Source: Octopus sinensis (lineage: Eukaryota). From it: a stretch of DNA of 64,000 nucleotides. The translations under genes and the position numbers were made by a program. The notes beneath the pieces are model-generated. The model made no database searches. It was not told where the DNA came from and saw nothing but the letters and a program-made list of their open reading frames with translations. Where the stretch lies: NCBI RefSeq assembly GCF_006345805.1, contig NC_043006.1:4402001-4466000 (forward strand). The letters are read 5' to 3'. Positions 11,700-27,971 of this stretch are shown here, piece after piece (positions within the stretch are counted from its first letter, which is position 1; each line of letters begins with the position of its first letter).

Positions 11700-11890
11700 T
11701 TTTTACTATAGGCACAAGTTCTGTAATGTGGAAGGGGGACCAGTCGATTAGATCTAGCCCAGTACACAACTGGTATTTAATTTATCGACCCCGAAAGCCC
11801 GATAAGACGAAAGGCAAAGTCGACCTCGGCGGAATTTGAACTCAGAAGACAATGACGGACAAATACCCAGCGTGTTAACGATTCTAGCAG
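11700..11890 (-). mobile_element. tRNA-derived SINE
   Basis: Same core (gaaaggcaaagtcgacctcggcggaatttgaactcagaa). Confidence 0.85.
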
Positions 11891-11912
11891 AATTATTATT
11901 ATTATTATTATT

Positions 11913-12025
11913 CAGTAGTTTTATTTTTATTGCGTGCTTTCACTTCACTACCGAGCGCAGCTCTGTGTGCCTTGGGTATGTGCTGTGATTTGTTGTGATG
12001 CTCTGATGGTTATTGTATGGAAATG
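11913..12025 (-). mobile_element. Family A LINE 3' end only
   Basis: Reverse complement of ~9845-9952, between (ATT)n tracts. Confidence 0.9.
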
Positions 12026-12031
12026 GTTATT

Positions 12032-15065
<3,034 letters not shown>

Positions 15066-15069
15066 ATCA

Positions 15070-15358
15070 GAATGGGACCGCCACACACGGCGTAGATGGA
15101 GCGGAGCAAGCAATCTAATGCTGTGGTCATGGAGTGTTACTAACAGAGCAGCCCGGTAGAATAAAAATGGAGCTCAAATAAGGGGTTACCGACGACGTAT
15201 GTATAATCATTGTAGAGAAAAGTGATTGTTTCAACTAACGGAACAGATACTATGAGATCAAGCTACAGTAATAAGAAAAAAATCGTTGGTTCACAGAGGT
15301 GGAGCTCGAAGCTATATAAAAGACGGGTCTTGGAATATAGCAGCAGAGATAACAATGA
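15070..15358 (+). mobile_element. N-terminal (Myb-like) segment of an R4/Dong-type ORF, inverted relative to the adjoining family C body
   Basis: VVMECY...RGYRRRMYNHCREK*LFQLTEQIL*DQATVIRK..RWFTEVELEAI. Confidence 0.7.
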
Positions 15359-15360
15359 AA

Positions 15361-15401
<41 letters not shown>

Positions 15402-15437
15402 CATTATCATCATTATTATTATCATTATTATTATTAT

Positions 15438-18256
15438 TCTATGTTTGACTTTTGCTTTATGTCTGTACAAGTTGGCTCCAAGTCTCACCCAGAGACCTCA
15501 AGAGACAACAGGTTAGAAGTTCTGTGCCATATATTTGGTGTTTTTTTTTTGGGGGGGGGTTTCCCATTTATTTATTCATTTTTTTTTTGGTGTTGTACTA
15601 GTGAAGGTCTAATACATAAAAATTAAAAATTAAAAAAAATAAATAAATAAAAATAAATAAAAACAAAAAAAATATTTTTAAAAGTTTGTTTTAAACCTTG
15701 GGATTACATAGAGAGTATTTTGCGTAGGATATGAGCAGTTCCCATGAGCACTATCTTTTGAATTTCTGCCATTTTGGGGTTTCCTGGTATCTGAGTTAGG
15801 TAGCAATCAGTCCCTTTCGCTATCATTCCCAGGGCACCTATGACAACAGGTATTGTTTTGGTCTTCAGCTTCCACATTTTGCTGATTTCTATTTCAAGAT
15901 CTTTATATTTGCTCAGTTTTTGGTCGGTCTTGACAGATACGTTTATATCGATTGGGACAGTCATATCAATGAGGAGGCATGTTCTTTGTCTGAAGTCTTT
16001 CAATATGATGTCTGGCCTATTTGCATCTATCTTCCTGTCAGTTTGAATGGTGAAGTTCCAGAGGAGTGAGATGTGGTCATTTTCAAGCACAGGAGGTGGA
16101 TTGTGTTCCCACCAGTTTTTTCATGGGGCAAATCCAGGTTTTTGCAAATTACCCAGTGAATATATTGTGCTGCTCTATCATGCCTACTGAGGTACTCTGT
16201 AGGCGCTAGAAGACTGCATTTGGAGACAACATGGTCAATGGTTTCATTTTGTTGTCGGCATACACGACATGTTGGGCTACTGCCGTTCTTTAATATGTGG
16301 GCCTGGTAGTTTCTTGTAGGTATGCATTGATCTTGAGCTGCTATGATAAACCCCTCTGTTTCAGATTTTAAGCCAGAGGCCATTAGCCATTGATGGGTCA
16401 GGGCTTTGTCGATATCTGCATTATTCGCTCTCTTTGGGTATTTGCCATAGAGAGGTTTTTCTTGCCATTTATTATTCAGAATATCTAAGGCCGCAGTTTT
16501 GGCACGGGTTTTCATGCGCCTAGCTTTTTCTGTGTTTGTTTCTTGTATGTCTATCTCTAATTTCGAAATTGGTTGTATTCGGAAATCACTTAGATATTCC
16601 TTTGCCTGTTTTGTTACTGAGTATGATGCTTTCTTGTTTTCATGTTTTGAGACAAGTTTTAACATCCAGTCCTCAGAGTTTTTCAGGTAGGTGTCTAGGC
16701 CAATTGTAGCAATCTTCATTGTTATTGCCAGTTGCAAAAGCCACGGCCTCCCTCTTTTCTTGGCAGATAGAGTCGTTCTGTATCTGCCTTAGGGTGGTGC
16801 ATTCTATGCATTGTCAACAGTTTCCTTATTTTTCTGTCGAGCTGACATATTTCAGTAATTGACCAGTTAACAATATTGAAACTGTAAGTCACGACTGGTA
16901 TGGCTAATGCATTGATCGCTTCGATCCTGTTTCTTGCATTCAGCTCTGTCTTGAGTATTGCTCTCACTCTTCGATAGCATTCTCTCCTGATCCTTTCCTT
17001 CATCTCTGAATGCCTTATTCCGTTCCCTTCAATTACCCCTAGGTACTTGTAGCTCTCCGCTGGGTCTAGTTCTTTTATGACATTCTGCTGGTCAAGGTTA
17101 ACGTTAGATGTTTCTGTCATTTTTCCTTTGATAAAGGTAGCCTTTGCACATTTATCGAGGCCGAATTGCATTCTGATGTCGTCACTGAATTGTTTGACTA
17201 TCGCTAGTAAGCCCTTGAGTTGTTCGTCATTTTTTGCAAAAAGCTTTAAATCATCCATGTAAATGAGATGATTTATATTTTTATCAAACATTTTATACCC
17301 GTACTGCGCGTCATTGAGCAGCTTTGAGAGAGGTATTAAGGATAAACAAAAGAGGAGTGGTGACAGTGAGTCACCCTGGAAAATGCCACACGAAATTTTT
17401 ACATCACCAGCATTTAGGGATTCATTGTCACTGTTCAGAGTTAGTGTGGTTCTCCATGATCTCATACTTACAGTCAAGAAGTTTCGCAGAGTAGGTGCTA
17501 TCTTATACATTTCCAGGCATTTCCTAATCCAGCTATGTGGTAGGCTATCAAAAGCCTTTTTATAGTCTATCCAGGCTATTGATAAGATTTTGTGTCGTTT
17601 GTGACAATCTTCTAAGATCATCTTATTGATGAGTAGTTGGTCTTTACAGCCGTAGGATCCACGTTTACATCCTTTCTGTTCATTAGGGAATATGCTGCTG
17701 TCTGTTAAAAAACTATAGGTATATTCCGTCAGGACAGATGTTAGTGTTTTGTACATAGTTGTTAAGCAGGTTATGGGTCTATAGTTTTTTGGTTCATTTG
17801 TTTCTTCACTTTTTGGAAGCAGGAATGTTAACCCATTAACTAGCCAAGGAGGCATCCTACTAGGGTGTTGCAAAACATCATTGTACAGTTCTGTTAGCAG
17901 TTCATGGCTCTCTGGGAAGGCATTCAGCCAGAAGTTAGGAATTTTATCCTTTCCTGGAGACTTCCATTTGCTTGACCTCCTGAGAGCAGATCTTATATCT
18001 TCTACCTTGACACCCTCCCACTTTTGCTCTTCTAAGGGGTCCAGTTCTGTAGATATTCTGTCAATCCAGGGGGCCTTTTCGTTGTGTGTTTTTTCTTCTG
18101 CCCAGATTTTATTCAAAAATCCCTACACTTCTTCTTTTGATGGTACAGACCTTGCAGTAAACGCTGTTTTTCCTATCTTCCTGTAAAAATTATTGGTGTT
18201 ATTTTTTAACATGTTCTTGTCCTTGAAAAATCTAACACGCTTTTCATACCTCGCTA

Positions 18257-18257
<1 letters not shown>
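15438..18257 (-). mobile_element. R4/Dong-like RLE LINE family B, 5'-truncated, near intact
   Basis: ORFs 16722-18116 (RT: NYRPITCL, WIDYKKAFDS, GIFQGDSLSP, YMDDLKL), 16027-16737 (CCHC) and 15704-16090 (RLE), joined by frameshifts. Confidence 0.95.
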
Positions 18258-18290
<33 letters not shown>

Positions 18291-18315
18291 TTTATTATAA
18301 TCGTTATCATTATCA

Positions 18316-18346
<31 letters not shown>

Positions 18347-18350
<4 letters not shown>

Positions 18351-20916
18351 TAGCTTTATTTTTATAGCGTGCTTTCACTTCGCTACCGAGCGCAGCTCTG
18401 TGTGCCTTGGGTATGTGCTGTGATTTGTTGTGATGCTCTGATGGTTATTGTATGGAAAGTGTTCTGCGTAGGATGTGTGCAGTGCCTAGTAGTGCAATTT
18501 TCTGTATGTTATATGTGTTTGTAAGTCCTGGTGTTTTTGTTATGTATTTGTCTGAATATTTTTTTATCATGCCTAATGCGCCTACTATGATAGGAATTGT
18601 TTCTGTTTTCAGATTCCACACTCTAGTTACCTCTATTTCCAGGTCTTTGTATTTTGAGAGTTTCTCCATTTCTTTTAGAGACACGTTGTCATCTGCCGGT
18701 ATTGACACATCAATTAGAAAGCATTTTTTTTCTTCATGATCTCTGACAACTATATCTGGTCTGTTGGCCTTAATTTCTCTATCTGTGCGTATCGGCATAT
18801 CCTAGAGTATGGTTGCTTTCTTGTTTTCTGTGACCTTTTCTGGTGTGTGCCTATACCATCTTTTTTCTGTTGTTATTCCATAATGTTGGCATAGCTTCCA
18901 ATGTATGTAGGTTCCAACTCTGTCATGTCTGTGAATATATTCCTTCTTAGCCAGGACTGGGCAGCTAGAGATAATATGATTTATTGTTTCTTGTCCATCT
19001 CCACATATTCTGCAGTTACTTGTAATATTTCTTTTCATTACATGTTTTTGGTAATTCCTGGTGGGGAGGCTTTGGTCTTGTGCTGCAATTAAAAATCCCT
19101 CTGTTTCTGCTTTGAGTCCCGAGCTTCTCAACCATTGCTGGGATTTTTCTTTGTCTATTTCTTTTGCGTTTAGTTTAGTCCAGTATTTACCATGAAGGGG
19201 CTTTTCTTGCCATCGTTTTATCATGGTTCGTTGCTGTTCTATTTTTAGTTTGGATGTCATTATTTTTCTTGTTTTCCTATCTATTTTGGTCAGTTCATTT
19301 CGTGTCCAGTTAAGGATATTGTAGCTGTAACTTATAACTGGGACAGCTAAAGTGTTGATACCTATTATCTTGTTTTTAGCATTGAGCTCTGTGTTTAGTA
19401 TTGATCTAACTCGTCTATAATATTCTTTTTTAATTTTCTCTTTCATTTATGTGGTGGTGTCTTATCTAGTTCATGGATTCCTAAGTATTTGTAAGTTTGG
19501 CTTTGGTCTAATTCTTTTATTTCATTGGTTTTATCTAGTGTGATGTTGTTACTCTTAACTAGTTTTCCTCTTTTCATGGTTTTGGCGCATTTACTTTCAT
19601 TTTCTAATCAAATTTCATATCTATTTCTTTGGTAAATCCATGAACTGTCTTTAATAGTGTTTCCAGCTGTTTGTCATTTGCTGCGTATAGTTTAGGTCAT
19701 CCATATATAAAGGTGGCTGATCGTTTTGCCGTAACATTTATATCCGCATCCAGTTCTATTAGCATATCAGATAGAGGTGACAGTGCCAAGCAGAAAAGGA
19801 GTGGAGAGAGCGTGTCTCCCTGGAATATTTCTCTTCTAATGGGGATGTCTTTGTTTTCATGAGTCCCTCTTTTGTTTGGAGGTGTAGGACTGTTTGCCAT
19901 TTATTCATAGAGTGCTCTATGAATTTTATGATTGTTGGTGCTACTTTGTTAATGGCTAGTGTTTCGAGGATCCATGTGTGGGGGATGCTATCAAATGCCT
20001 TTTTGTAGTCAATCCAGGCCATACTGAGGCCTTTCTTCTTTCTGTGGCTGTCTTCAGTTATGGCTTTATTAATCATTAGTTGATCTTTACAGCCATATGA
20101 GCCTTTGCGGCATCCTTTCTGCTCTTCTGGGAACAGTTTGTTTTCGTCCAGGTGCTTGTTCAGCCTTTGTGATATCACTGCAGTAAATCTTGAACATAGT
20201 AGGGAGGCAGGTTATTGGTCTGTAGTTTTCTGGTTTTTTCTGTTTCATTTGATTTGGGAATTAAGATGGTTTTCCCCTTCGTTAGCCATTCAGGCATTGT
20301 CTCTGGCTCTGCTAGTACGTTGTTAAAGTTTTCAGCCAGCTTTTTGTGCATTCCTGTTAGATATTTCAACCAGAAGTTGGGGATCTTGTCATGCCCGGTG
20401 CCTTCCAGTTGCTTAGTCTTTGCAGTGCTTGGGTTGACCTCTTCAGTGGTCTGGGGGTCCAAAGTTGTTCAGATGCCGAGTTTGTTATTTTGATACTTTT
20501 TTTTTTGGTGGTTCGTTCGCCGACCATTTTTCTCTCTCTGAATTTTTCTTCAGTTTTCTGCTGCGTTGGTGCTGCAGTGACTTCTATTTTATTTTTGCCC
20601 AGTTCTTGGTAGAACTTTTTGGGGTTGGAGTTGAACTTTTTGTTTTCTTCAAAGAAGCGTTGGCGTTTCTTGTACCGGCGGATCCTTTGTGCTTTGGCAA
20701 GGATATCTTGCTTCAGCTTTTCTTTTATTTCAGGCAAATCTTTCTCCGTGATGTTATATTTGCGGAGTATGTTTGTTCTCTTTTTGTTGCTCAGTAGCGT
20801 TGATTGTTTGCTGATTTCATTAAGAATCGACAGGTCTTTTCTAATTTTTTTTTATTTTGCTTTGGATGTTATTTATTTACTTTTATTATTTTTTTTTTTT
20901 TATTTTGCTTTGGATG

Positions 20917-20920
<4 letters not shown>
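18347..20920 (-). mobile_element. R4/Dong-like RLE LINE family A with internal deletion
   Basis: ORF pieces 20366-20737, 20175-20462, 19759-20178, 18802-19446 and 18445-18798. The HHPK-to-polyE segment is missing. Confidence 0.95.
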
Positions 20921-20972
<52 letters not shown>

Positions 20973-21001
20973 CATTATTATTATCATTATCATCATTATT
21001 A

Positions 21002-21035
<34 letters not shown>

Positions 21036-21054
21036 ATCATTATCATTATCATCA

Positions 21055-21111
<57 letters not shown>

Positions 21112-21125
21112 GTAGTAGTAGTAGT
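20921..21125. repeat. (ATT)n/(ATC)n microsatellite closing the LINE array
   Basis: Directly visible. Confidence 0.95.
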
Positions 21126-21320
21126 AAGTCGGCGATCTGGCAGGATCCTTAGCACGCCGGGCGAAATGCTTAGCGGTATTTCATCTGCTGTTACATTGGA
21201 AGTTTAAATTCCGCCGCGATCGACTTTGCCTTTCATCCTTTCAGGGTCGATAAATCAAGAACTTAAATACGAGTTACGCATTAGGGTCGATGTAATCGAG
21301 TTGACCCCTTCCTCCCAAAT
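21126..21320 (+). mobile_element. tRNA-derived cephalopod SINE
   Basis: ctggcaggatccttagcacgccgggcgaaatgcttagcggtatttc...gaagtttaaattccgccg...gactttgcctttcatcctttcagggtcgataaat. Confidence 0.85.
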
Positions 21321-21339
21321 ACGAAAATATGAGATTTGT

Positions 21340-22455
21340 GTTTCAAAGGATTATTGTAATTATTGTTTATACCTTAATGTGGGTTGGGATTTAAGTTTTG
21401 TTTTGTATTTTTATTTGTGTTTCACCGCTATCTTCTGTTACACTCGATTGCCACTAATTCTCCACACACTCACCCTTCGCAACTAGGGATCCAACTCTTA
21501 AGTATGTAAGACCGAGAAGAGTGGGCATCTTTGGGGAATGAAATTTGATACTGAAAGTGGAATTTGACCACCAGGCAGATGCCGTTTTACATTTTGGTGA
21601 CCCAGCTTCTGAAGGCGGGAACGAGCAGACATGTGGCGATGACCTACCCTGTCAAATGCTTTGGGTTGATTCAAATTGACCAGAGCCCTTACCAAAACCA
21701 GATCTATTCTCGGTTCCCTTCCATGATGTTTGCCATATGGAAATTTAATTTCGAAGACAGATTATCCAATCCTGGTGATTTAATCCCCTCGCAGCCGATC
21801 AGTATTTCTGCCACTTCATCTGCTGAAATTAGATTTTCACAACACTCAGTCTCCCAGTCCGATTGTTGCGGCAAATCATGGAATGAGGCCTTAAAGCCCG
21901 CTGTCTCAAGTATATCGCTCCTCGAAAACAGTTTAACGAAATGCTACGGAAACATAGCGCTCAGTTGCTCGGAATCGGAGAGCACAAGACCGCTGCGGTC
22001 TGCTACTGACATAATTCTTGCTGCAATGGTAAACTGTGGCTCCACCACACGGGCCCAACTGACCATATTTGAGCTTACGTGTTCCAGAGAATTCACTGTA
22101 GCTCAAATAATGTAACCTTCGTGTTTAGCGATGAAGAAATGGTCGAGATCCATTCTCACCGCTAGCACGTCCTTTGCTATCCCTTTCATCTCCTATGTGC
22201 CTCTTCTAAACTATTTAGTTTATTTTCTATCCTTTTATTCTTCCATTTGGTTCAGTCAATTGGCTGCCACCATGCTGGAGCATCGCTTTGAGTCGAACAA
22301 ATTCTTTGTAAGCCTAGTAATTATTCTATCGGTTTCTTTTTATGAACCACTGGTTTACGGGGACCTAAACACACCAACATCGGTTGTCAATCGATGGTGG
22401 GGGACAAACACACACATACATATAAGTGTACACACACAGAGACACAGACAGACAG

Positions 22456-22520
<65 letters not shown>

Positions 22521-24560
22521 AGAGAGAGAGAGAGATGTATGACGGGCTTCTTTTCAGTTTCCGTCTACCAAATCCACTCAGAAGGATTTGGTTGGACAGA
22601 GGCTATAGAAGAAGACACTTATCCAAGGTGCCACGCAGTGGGACTGAACACGTAACTGTGTGGTTGGGAAGCAAGCTTCTTACCACACAGCTACGCCTTC
22701 ACCTGTAGTTTTCTATAACAATTTCTGCTAAAACTAACAGATGTCACTGATTTTTCTCTTTAGTAAAACACATCACTTACTCTAGATTATATCTCCTATC
22801 AATATTTGCTTGACTCGTATACTAATCTGATCCCTGGAACATTTTCACACCGGAATGGATGCATTCATCTCCCAGTAACAGGATCCTTTTTATTAGTCTT
22901 TTCTATGTCAACTATAAAGGTTACTATAAAGGTTACGAGTTTGACTAATCCCAGAAAATATTTGTCTGCGTTCAAAGTCCCATTCCAATCACCCACCAAA
23001 ATTAAGGAGCGAGATGTTCCCATCGGGCTCTACTGTTTCGTTTCCTGTTGCTTATATCCAAGACCTACCGACCAGATCTAAGAAAACTTTTTCCATGACG
23101 TTGTATGTGTCTTCTAAGATTCTTCTGTGTAAAATGTTTTTCAATCCTTCCACATCATGTTGAAAACTTTTCTTCGAAACACTGTACATTGTTGCTGACG
23201 TTCCTACCAGAGCCTTTTCTTGTATATTTTTGGAAACGTTGAGAGCATCAAAAGCCTCATTTGTTAAACTTTTGCTTTTACCTGAGTTTGTAAACTTCAT
23301 GAGATCAACGTTTTACTTTCGGAGAACTGTTCAGTTGGGAGACTCATCCGTCAGGTGTTGCTCTAAATGTTACGTCCATTGTAATTGAGGTGGGCGTCGG
23401 TTTGGTTGCTTTTGGCTTTGGTCCTTTTCTTTCCGATCCCGATGTGACTCGCGCTGTTGTTCGGAATGTCGTTTCTTTTTTCTTTTGTTGTTGCAAGATT
23501 GTCTCTTGTTGTTGAAGTTATTGTTGTGGGTGTTGTAATTGTTGTTCTATCGATTTATGAGACTAGGGACACTCGTACTTGATGCAAACAAAGTTTGAGG
23601 GGTTAGTGGTCAAGACACTATTTTCACCATTCCTGACTACCCACTAGGGTGATTTGGTGTCTTCCAACGCCAGTTCTATATCCGAAGAGTTGCCTGGATT
23701 TGGATTTAATTTCTTCCGTATCGTTTACTGATGTGGTTCGTAGTGGTGGTCGTGATTGTGGAGGTAGTCACGAGACTTTTTTTCACGCCTTTCCTTGAGT
23801 GGAGGTTTGTTTTGTTGCTTCTGTGTTTATCTTTGTTGTGGTGGGTGCTGCTACCGTTCTCTTTGTAATTACAGTAGATTTTGCGTTGGAAGCAGCGATG
23901 CAGTGCGAGTCATTTCACTACTGTGACGTAGAAAGCTTTGGGCTGATCTATTTTTCCACATGTATAACATCTGGATTTCCTACCCTTGACGACCACCGGC
24001 ATCTGCCAAACAATCTCCGATAGACAAAAAGTTTGGTATGGAAACCACATCTTCTGGAACACTTAAAACTTGGAATTCCTTCTTTTTATTTTGATGGGGT
24101 GTTGATTTCATGCTCATTATTTCCCCGTGCTTGTCCCTATGAGGAGGTACGCTCGTGACCCGCACGTTCGTCACATAACGTTCCATATATAAGAGTAGCA
24201 TCGCAAACTGGGGTGCAGGCCGTCGTAACCCTCCTACGCACATCCTTTGATGGCCACCATGGTCCCATGTTGTATTCCTTGAGAGATATACACTACGGTA
24301 TGCTACACATCTTCCAAATATTATTTTCTATTTCGGTTGAGGAAAGGAATTGTAGCATCGATTCTGCGCGATTGGTGCTCTTATAGATTCCTCTTATTTT
24401 CTCGGTGCACATCATTCCCCCTTCTGGGAGTGACATGGCCCCAGGATGAACGATATTGTTCCTATGCGTTTTTAATGACATCTAATTCCCCTTTAAGTAA
24501 AACGACGATCCGCCGCTTTGTAATGTTCGCGAAGAATGTTTTTTTTCGTTATGGATTTTC
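21340..24560 (-). mobile_element. Degenerate L1/Tx1-like LINE (ORF1, APE and RT relics) interrupted by a SINE
   Basis: ORF1-like pieces 24293-24481 and 23980-24243. APE LILVGDWN at ~22990. GIKSPGLD and ALVNLNQPKAFDRVGH RT motifs. Confidence 0.7.
22215..22700 (-). mobile_element. tRNA-derived SINE (second family) with internal (CA)/(TA)/(GA) microsatellite
   Basis: Minus-strand head gctgtgtggtaagaagcttgcttcccaaccacacagttacgtgttcagtcccactgcgtggcaccttggataagtgtcttc. Same family at 41215-41600 and 51230-51450. Confidence 0.85.
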
Positions 24561-24890
24561 ATCGTTATTGTTGTTGTTGTTGTTGTTGCCCTTGTAGATT
24601 ATTAATGTTCTTCTTGTTAATGTTCTTCTCATTCATTTTATTGTTGTTGTTGTTGTCTCAATTGTGGCGGCTGCTGTCGACGTTACAGTTGTAGTTATTG
24701 TTGTTGTTGCTAAAGCTATCAGCGCCATTGTTGGTAGCTTTATCGCTGCTGCTGATTACATTATTATTGTTGCTGTCGTTGTTGTTGTCGTAGTTCATAC
24801 TAATACTAGTGCTACTATTGTTACTGTTGTCGTCATCGTCGTCGTCGCTGATGTTGTTTACTGTTTTGTGTTTTATTGTTCGTAGTTTCT
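24560..24890. repeat. Degenerate (GTT)n microsatellite
   Basis: Directly visible. Confidence 0.9.
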
Positions 24891-24959
24891 TTTCTTCTTT
24901 CCATGGGAGTGGCAACCGACTCGTATGGCTGACTACTATGTCAAATCGTTTAACTACGA

Positions 24960-25300
24960 CGTAAGAGGTGAGGCGAATACATTTCCTCCAAAAACTAATC
25001 CTCTATTTAAATTCGTGGAAAAAGAAGTTAATAGATGATATGTTTCGGGAAAAACCTCGGGACCAGCTGATGCCAGTTTCGTCATTAGAACTGGAACAAT
25101 CTGCTTCAGTGGTAATCAATATAACAGTGGCAGACACTACTGAAGAAGGTTCACAATCACAAGACCTGCCCAGGGAGAGACCACCGATAGACTATATATA
25201 CACGACTCGTATATAATTATTTCCGTTGGATTCGACTTTCGGAAACATCGAAGAACTAATGGTTTTTGCATACGCATACCGGCATTAATGTTTAAACTAC
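24960..25300 (+). mobile_element. Possible LINE ORF1 relic
   Basis: SASVVINITVADTTEE...YTTRI loosely resembles the ORF1 RRM segments elsewhere in the window. Confidence 0.3.
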
Positions 25301-25475
25301 ACGAAATTTTACAATTTTAAAGTTTATGCTCTTAAAACTTTATATTTACATGTATGTGCAGCTTGTTGACAAGCATTTCTTATTAGCTTTGACGTTAAAA
25401 TTTTGCAGTTTATCACTGAGCAATCCCCAAACCTTACAAATTTGAATACGAGTAAGAATATGTAATAACATGCAA

Positions 25476-25610
<135 letters not shown>

Positions 25611-26207
25611 ATGCAAGATATGTAAAATTCCACAAATGCGGATAATACAAAATATGTGTTGAATACATGAGACTCCAGAATCAGGTTTATACGACCAGAA
25701 TGTACACACAAAAATGTGTACATTTTTTTACAAGTGTATACACCTACGTCTATACACATGTGTGTGTGTGTTTGTGTGTGTGTTTTTTTGTATGCATGTA
25801 TACGTATGTGGATGCGTGTGTATGCACAGAAAAGCCACATAATGACATAGACTGAAACAAAATATGTGCACTAACCCATGATTATACACACAAAATACTG
25901 ATTATATTTATAGAAATGTTATTGTTTTCCAATCAGCGACATTTGTTTTACCTCCGAACTGCGCCGTATTTATATTTTGGTCTACGATGAATATTTGCAT
26001 AATAAATGTCTAAATTAAATTACAGAAGTTCATGTTCAATACAATAGTTAGCTCAATAAACGCCAGTAGTTTCGTCGTAAACATCATTATTTAGCCTGAA
26101 AAGGCAATTCATGACTACACATTTAGTGAATATATGATCCTTAAGTAGGAGATTCCCTTATTTTATGAGATGGAAATCTGTCATTTATGGTGCTCCTGAT
26201 TTTTTAT

Positions 26208-27370
26208 CCTATTTAGAACTACAACTAACTATCCAGTGCTAAATACGCGCTCTCGTAGATATACTCCCACTCTGATAAAAGACTAACCCTGAAATATATT
26301 TATGGTAATAACAAAGAATGTTATCAAGGGGCCATGCCTGCGATTATGTTGAAAAAGTAGATTTGTCTCGCTTTGCGACAAATAAATTCGTGAAATGAAA
26401 ACCCATTCTTCTTAACTGTTGCCAGTAAATATTTCTGCTGTATAAAGAAGATGGTTGCACTCTTCTATAATTGTTGCTCAGGTTCTATTTAGTAAACTCT
26501 TCAGGGGTCTGAGGTTTCGTTCTCACATTATAATACTCCAAACGTTCATCACCAGAATATGAGGTGGAATTCCACGTGGATTTTGTTCATTTAACAACTC
26601 CACTGGAAAATTTATAGCTCATCTTCATCATTATAATGATCATCATCTTGATCATAAAAATCCTCACAATCCCCTCCACCTCATCATCTTCGTTATCATC
26701 GTCATCAATATCTGCATCCTCGTCGCTGCATCAACATCTTCATCGTAGTCATCTTCACTGTTGTCATCGTCGTCGTAGTCTTTTTCCTAGTTGTCGTCAT
26801 CGTCATCAACAATTATCGAATCATTGATTTTATATATTTTCTTGATAGACCCGGTATATGAGCTGCAGAATATCATTGTTAAGTTTCAATGTTTCACAAA
26901 CTTTCGAAGTCAGCACAATCAGGTAGATTCCAAATGTAAGTTATATAAATCAAAAGAGGCAGTTTGTTCATCATTGATGATGTTAACTGAATTTACAATA
27001 AATAAAGTGGACTACATCATCGACAATCATTGCTTATGGTATGGCAAGCATACAATCATTAAGCCCAGCATTGTAAGTGAAAATAACATTTCTAATATTC
27101 AAGATACAAATATGAAATCCTTCTTGCTCGCATTTCCCATTTTTACTGGAAGATGAAGAATTTTCACATATCTCTATAATGGCCAACTCTTCGTGCAGTA
27201 TTTTTATATTAACATTGCTGAATCTTCGAATTGCATTAGCTGTCTGGTGAAAGTCATCTCCAAATATCTAAAGCTTTTCATGAAATAGATGACCATTTTA
27301 CATAATTTCCTTTAGAAGTTTCATCGTTAATACGAAATGTGTTACTTGATAAGGTAGAGGATTTATCAAC
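26208..27370 (-). pseudogene. Helitron PIF1-like helicase relic, split by a (CAT)n tract (~26620-26830)
   Basis: IVDKSSTL (Walker B-like), LLKEIM*NGHLFHEKL*IFGDDFHQT, FPVELLNEQNPRGIPPHIL, RNL, VFISRIYL, ITINIFQG*SFIRVGVYL, VFSTG*LVV match the Helitron helicase motif series. Confidence 0.8.
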
Positions 27371-27419
27371 AATGAATGGTGGGTTAGTATTTTATCCTCG
27401 GTGCAAAGTTGGTCTTACC

Positions 27420-27720
27420 GTAAGCAGGTAATTGACTTTACAATCCCAAATGATGAGAAAATCAATATGGAAACTATACAGAAAATAGCAAAGTACCAGG
27501 GTCTAGCCATTCAGTTATAGAGGCGAGGAAATGTGTGGATAAAATGTAACCCTGTAGCTATAAGTGCATTACGAATTATCCCTAAGGGTTTCACAAAGAA
27601 ATAGAAAAACTAGGCGTAAAGACTACTTTACTGCAGCTCCAGGAAACCGTGTTATTAGGGACAGCTAGGATACTTAGGAAGGTTTTTCGCATATAAGGTT
27701 ACTTGCTGTAGCCCGATGTT
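27420..27720 (+). mobile_element. Old RLE-LINE 3' relic
   Basis: DFTIPND...KIAKYQGLAIQL...LQETVLLGTARILRKV. Confidence 0.7.
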
Positions 27721-27789
27721 AGGAACTTTTCTTATTCCAGTCTAATCTGTTGTGCGTAGAGGAAATAATAATCCTTACTTCTAAATACA

Positions 27790-27910
27790 AATGGGCTGTT
27801 TTTTCCCTAATTTTGGTGGTGGGGACTAGATGATTACATCGACCCCAGTGTTTTACTGGTACATAATTTATCAAACCCGAAAGGATCAAATGTAAAATCG
27901 ATTTCGCCGC
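27790..27910 (-). mobile_element. SINE fragment
   Basis: gatgattacatcgaccccagtgttttactggtacataatttatcaaacccgaaagg. Confidence 0.7.
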
Positions 27911-27912
27911 TC

Positions 27913-27971
<59 letters not shown>

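Noticed and set aside
26791-27156. 121-aa plus-strand ORF as a gene
   Set aside because: It is the antisense shadow of the Helitron helicase relic and starts in a microsatellite.
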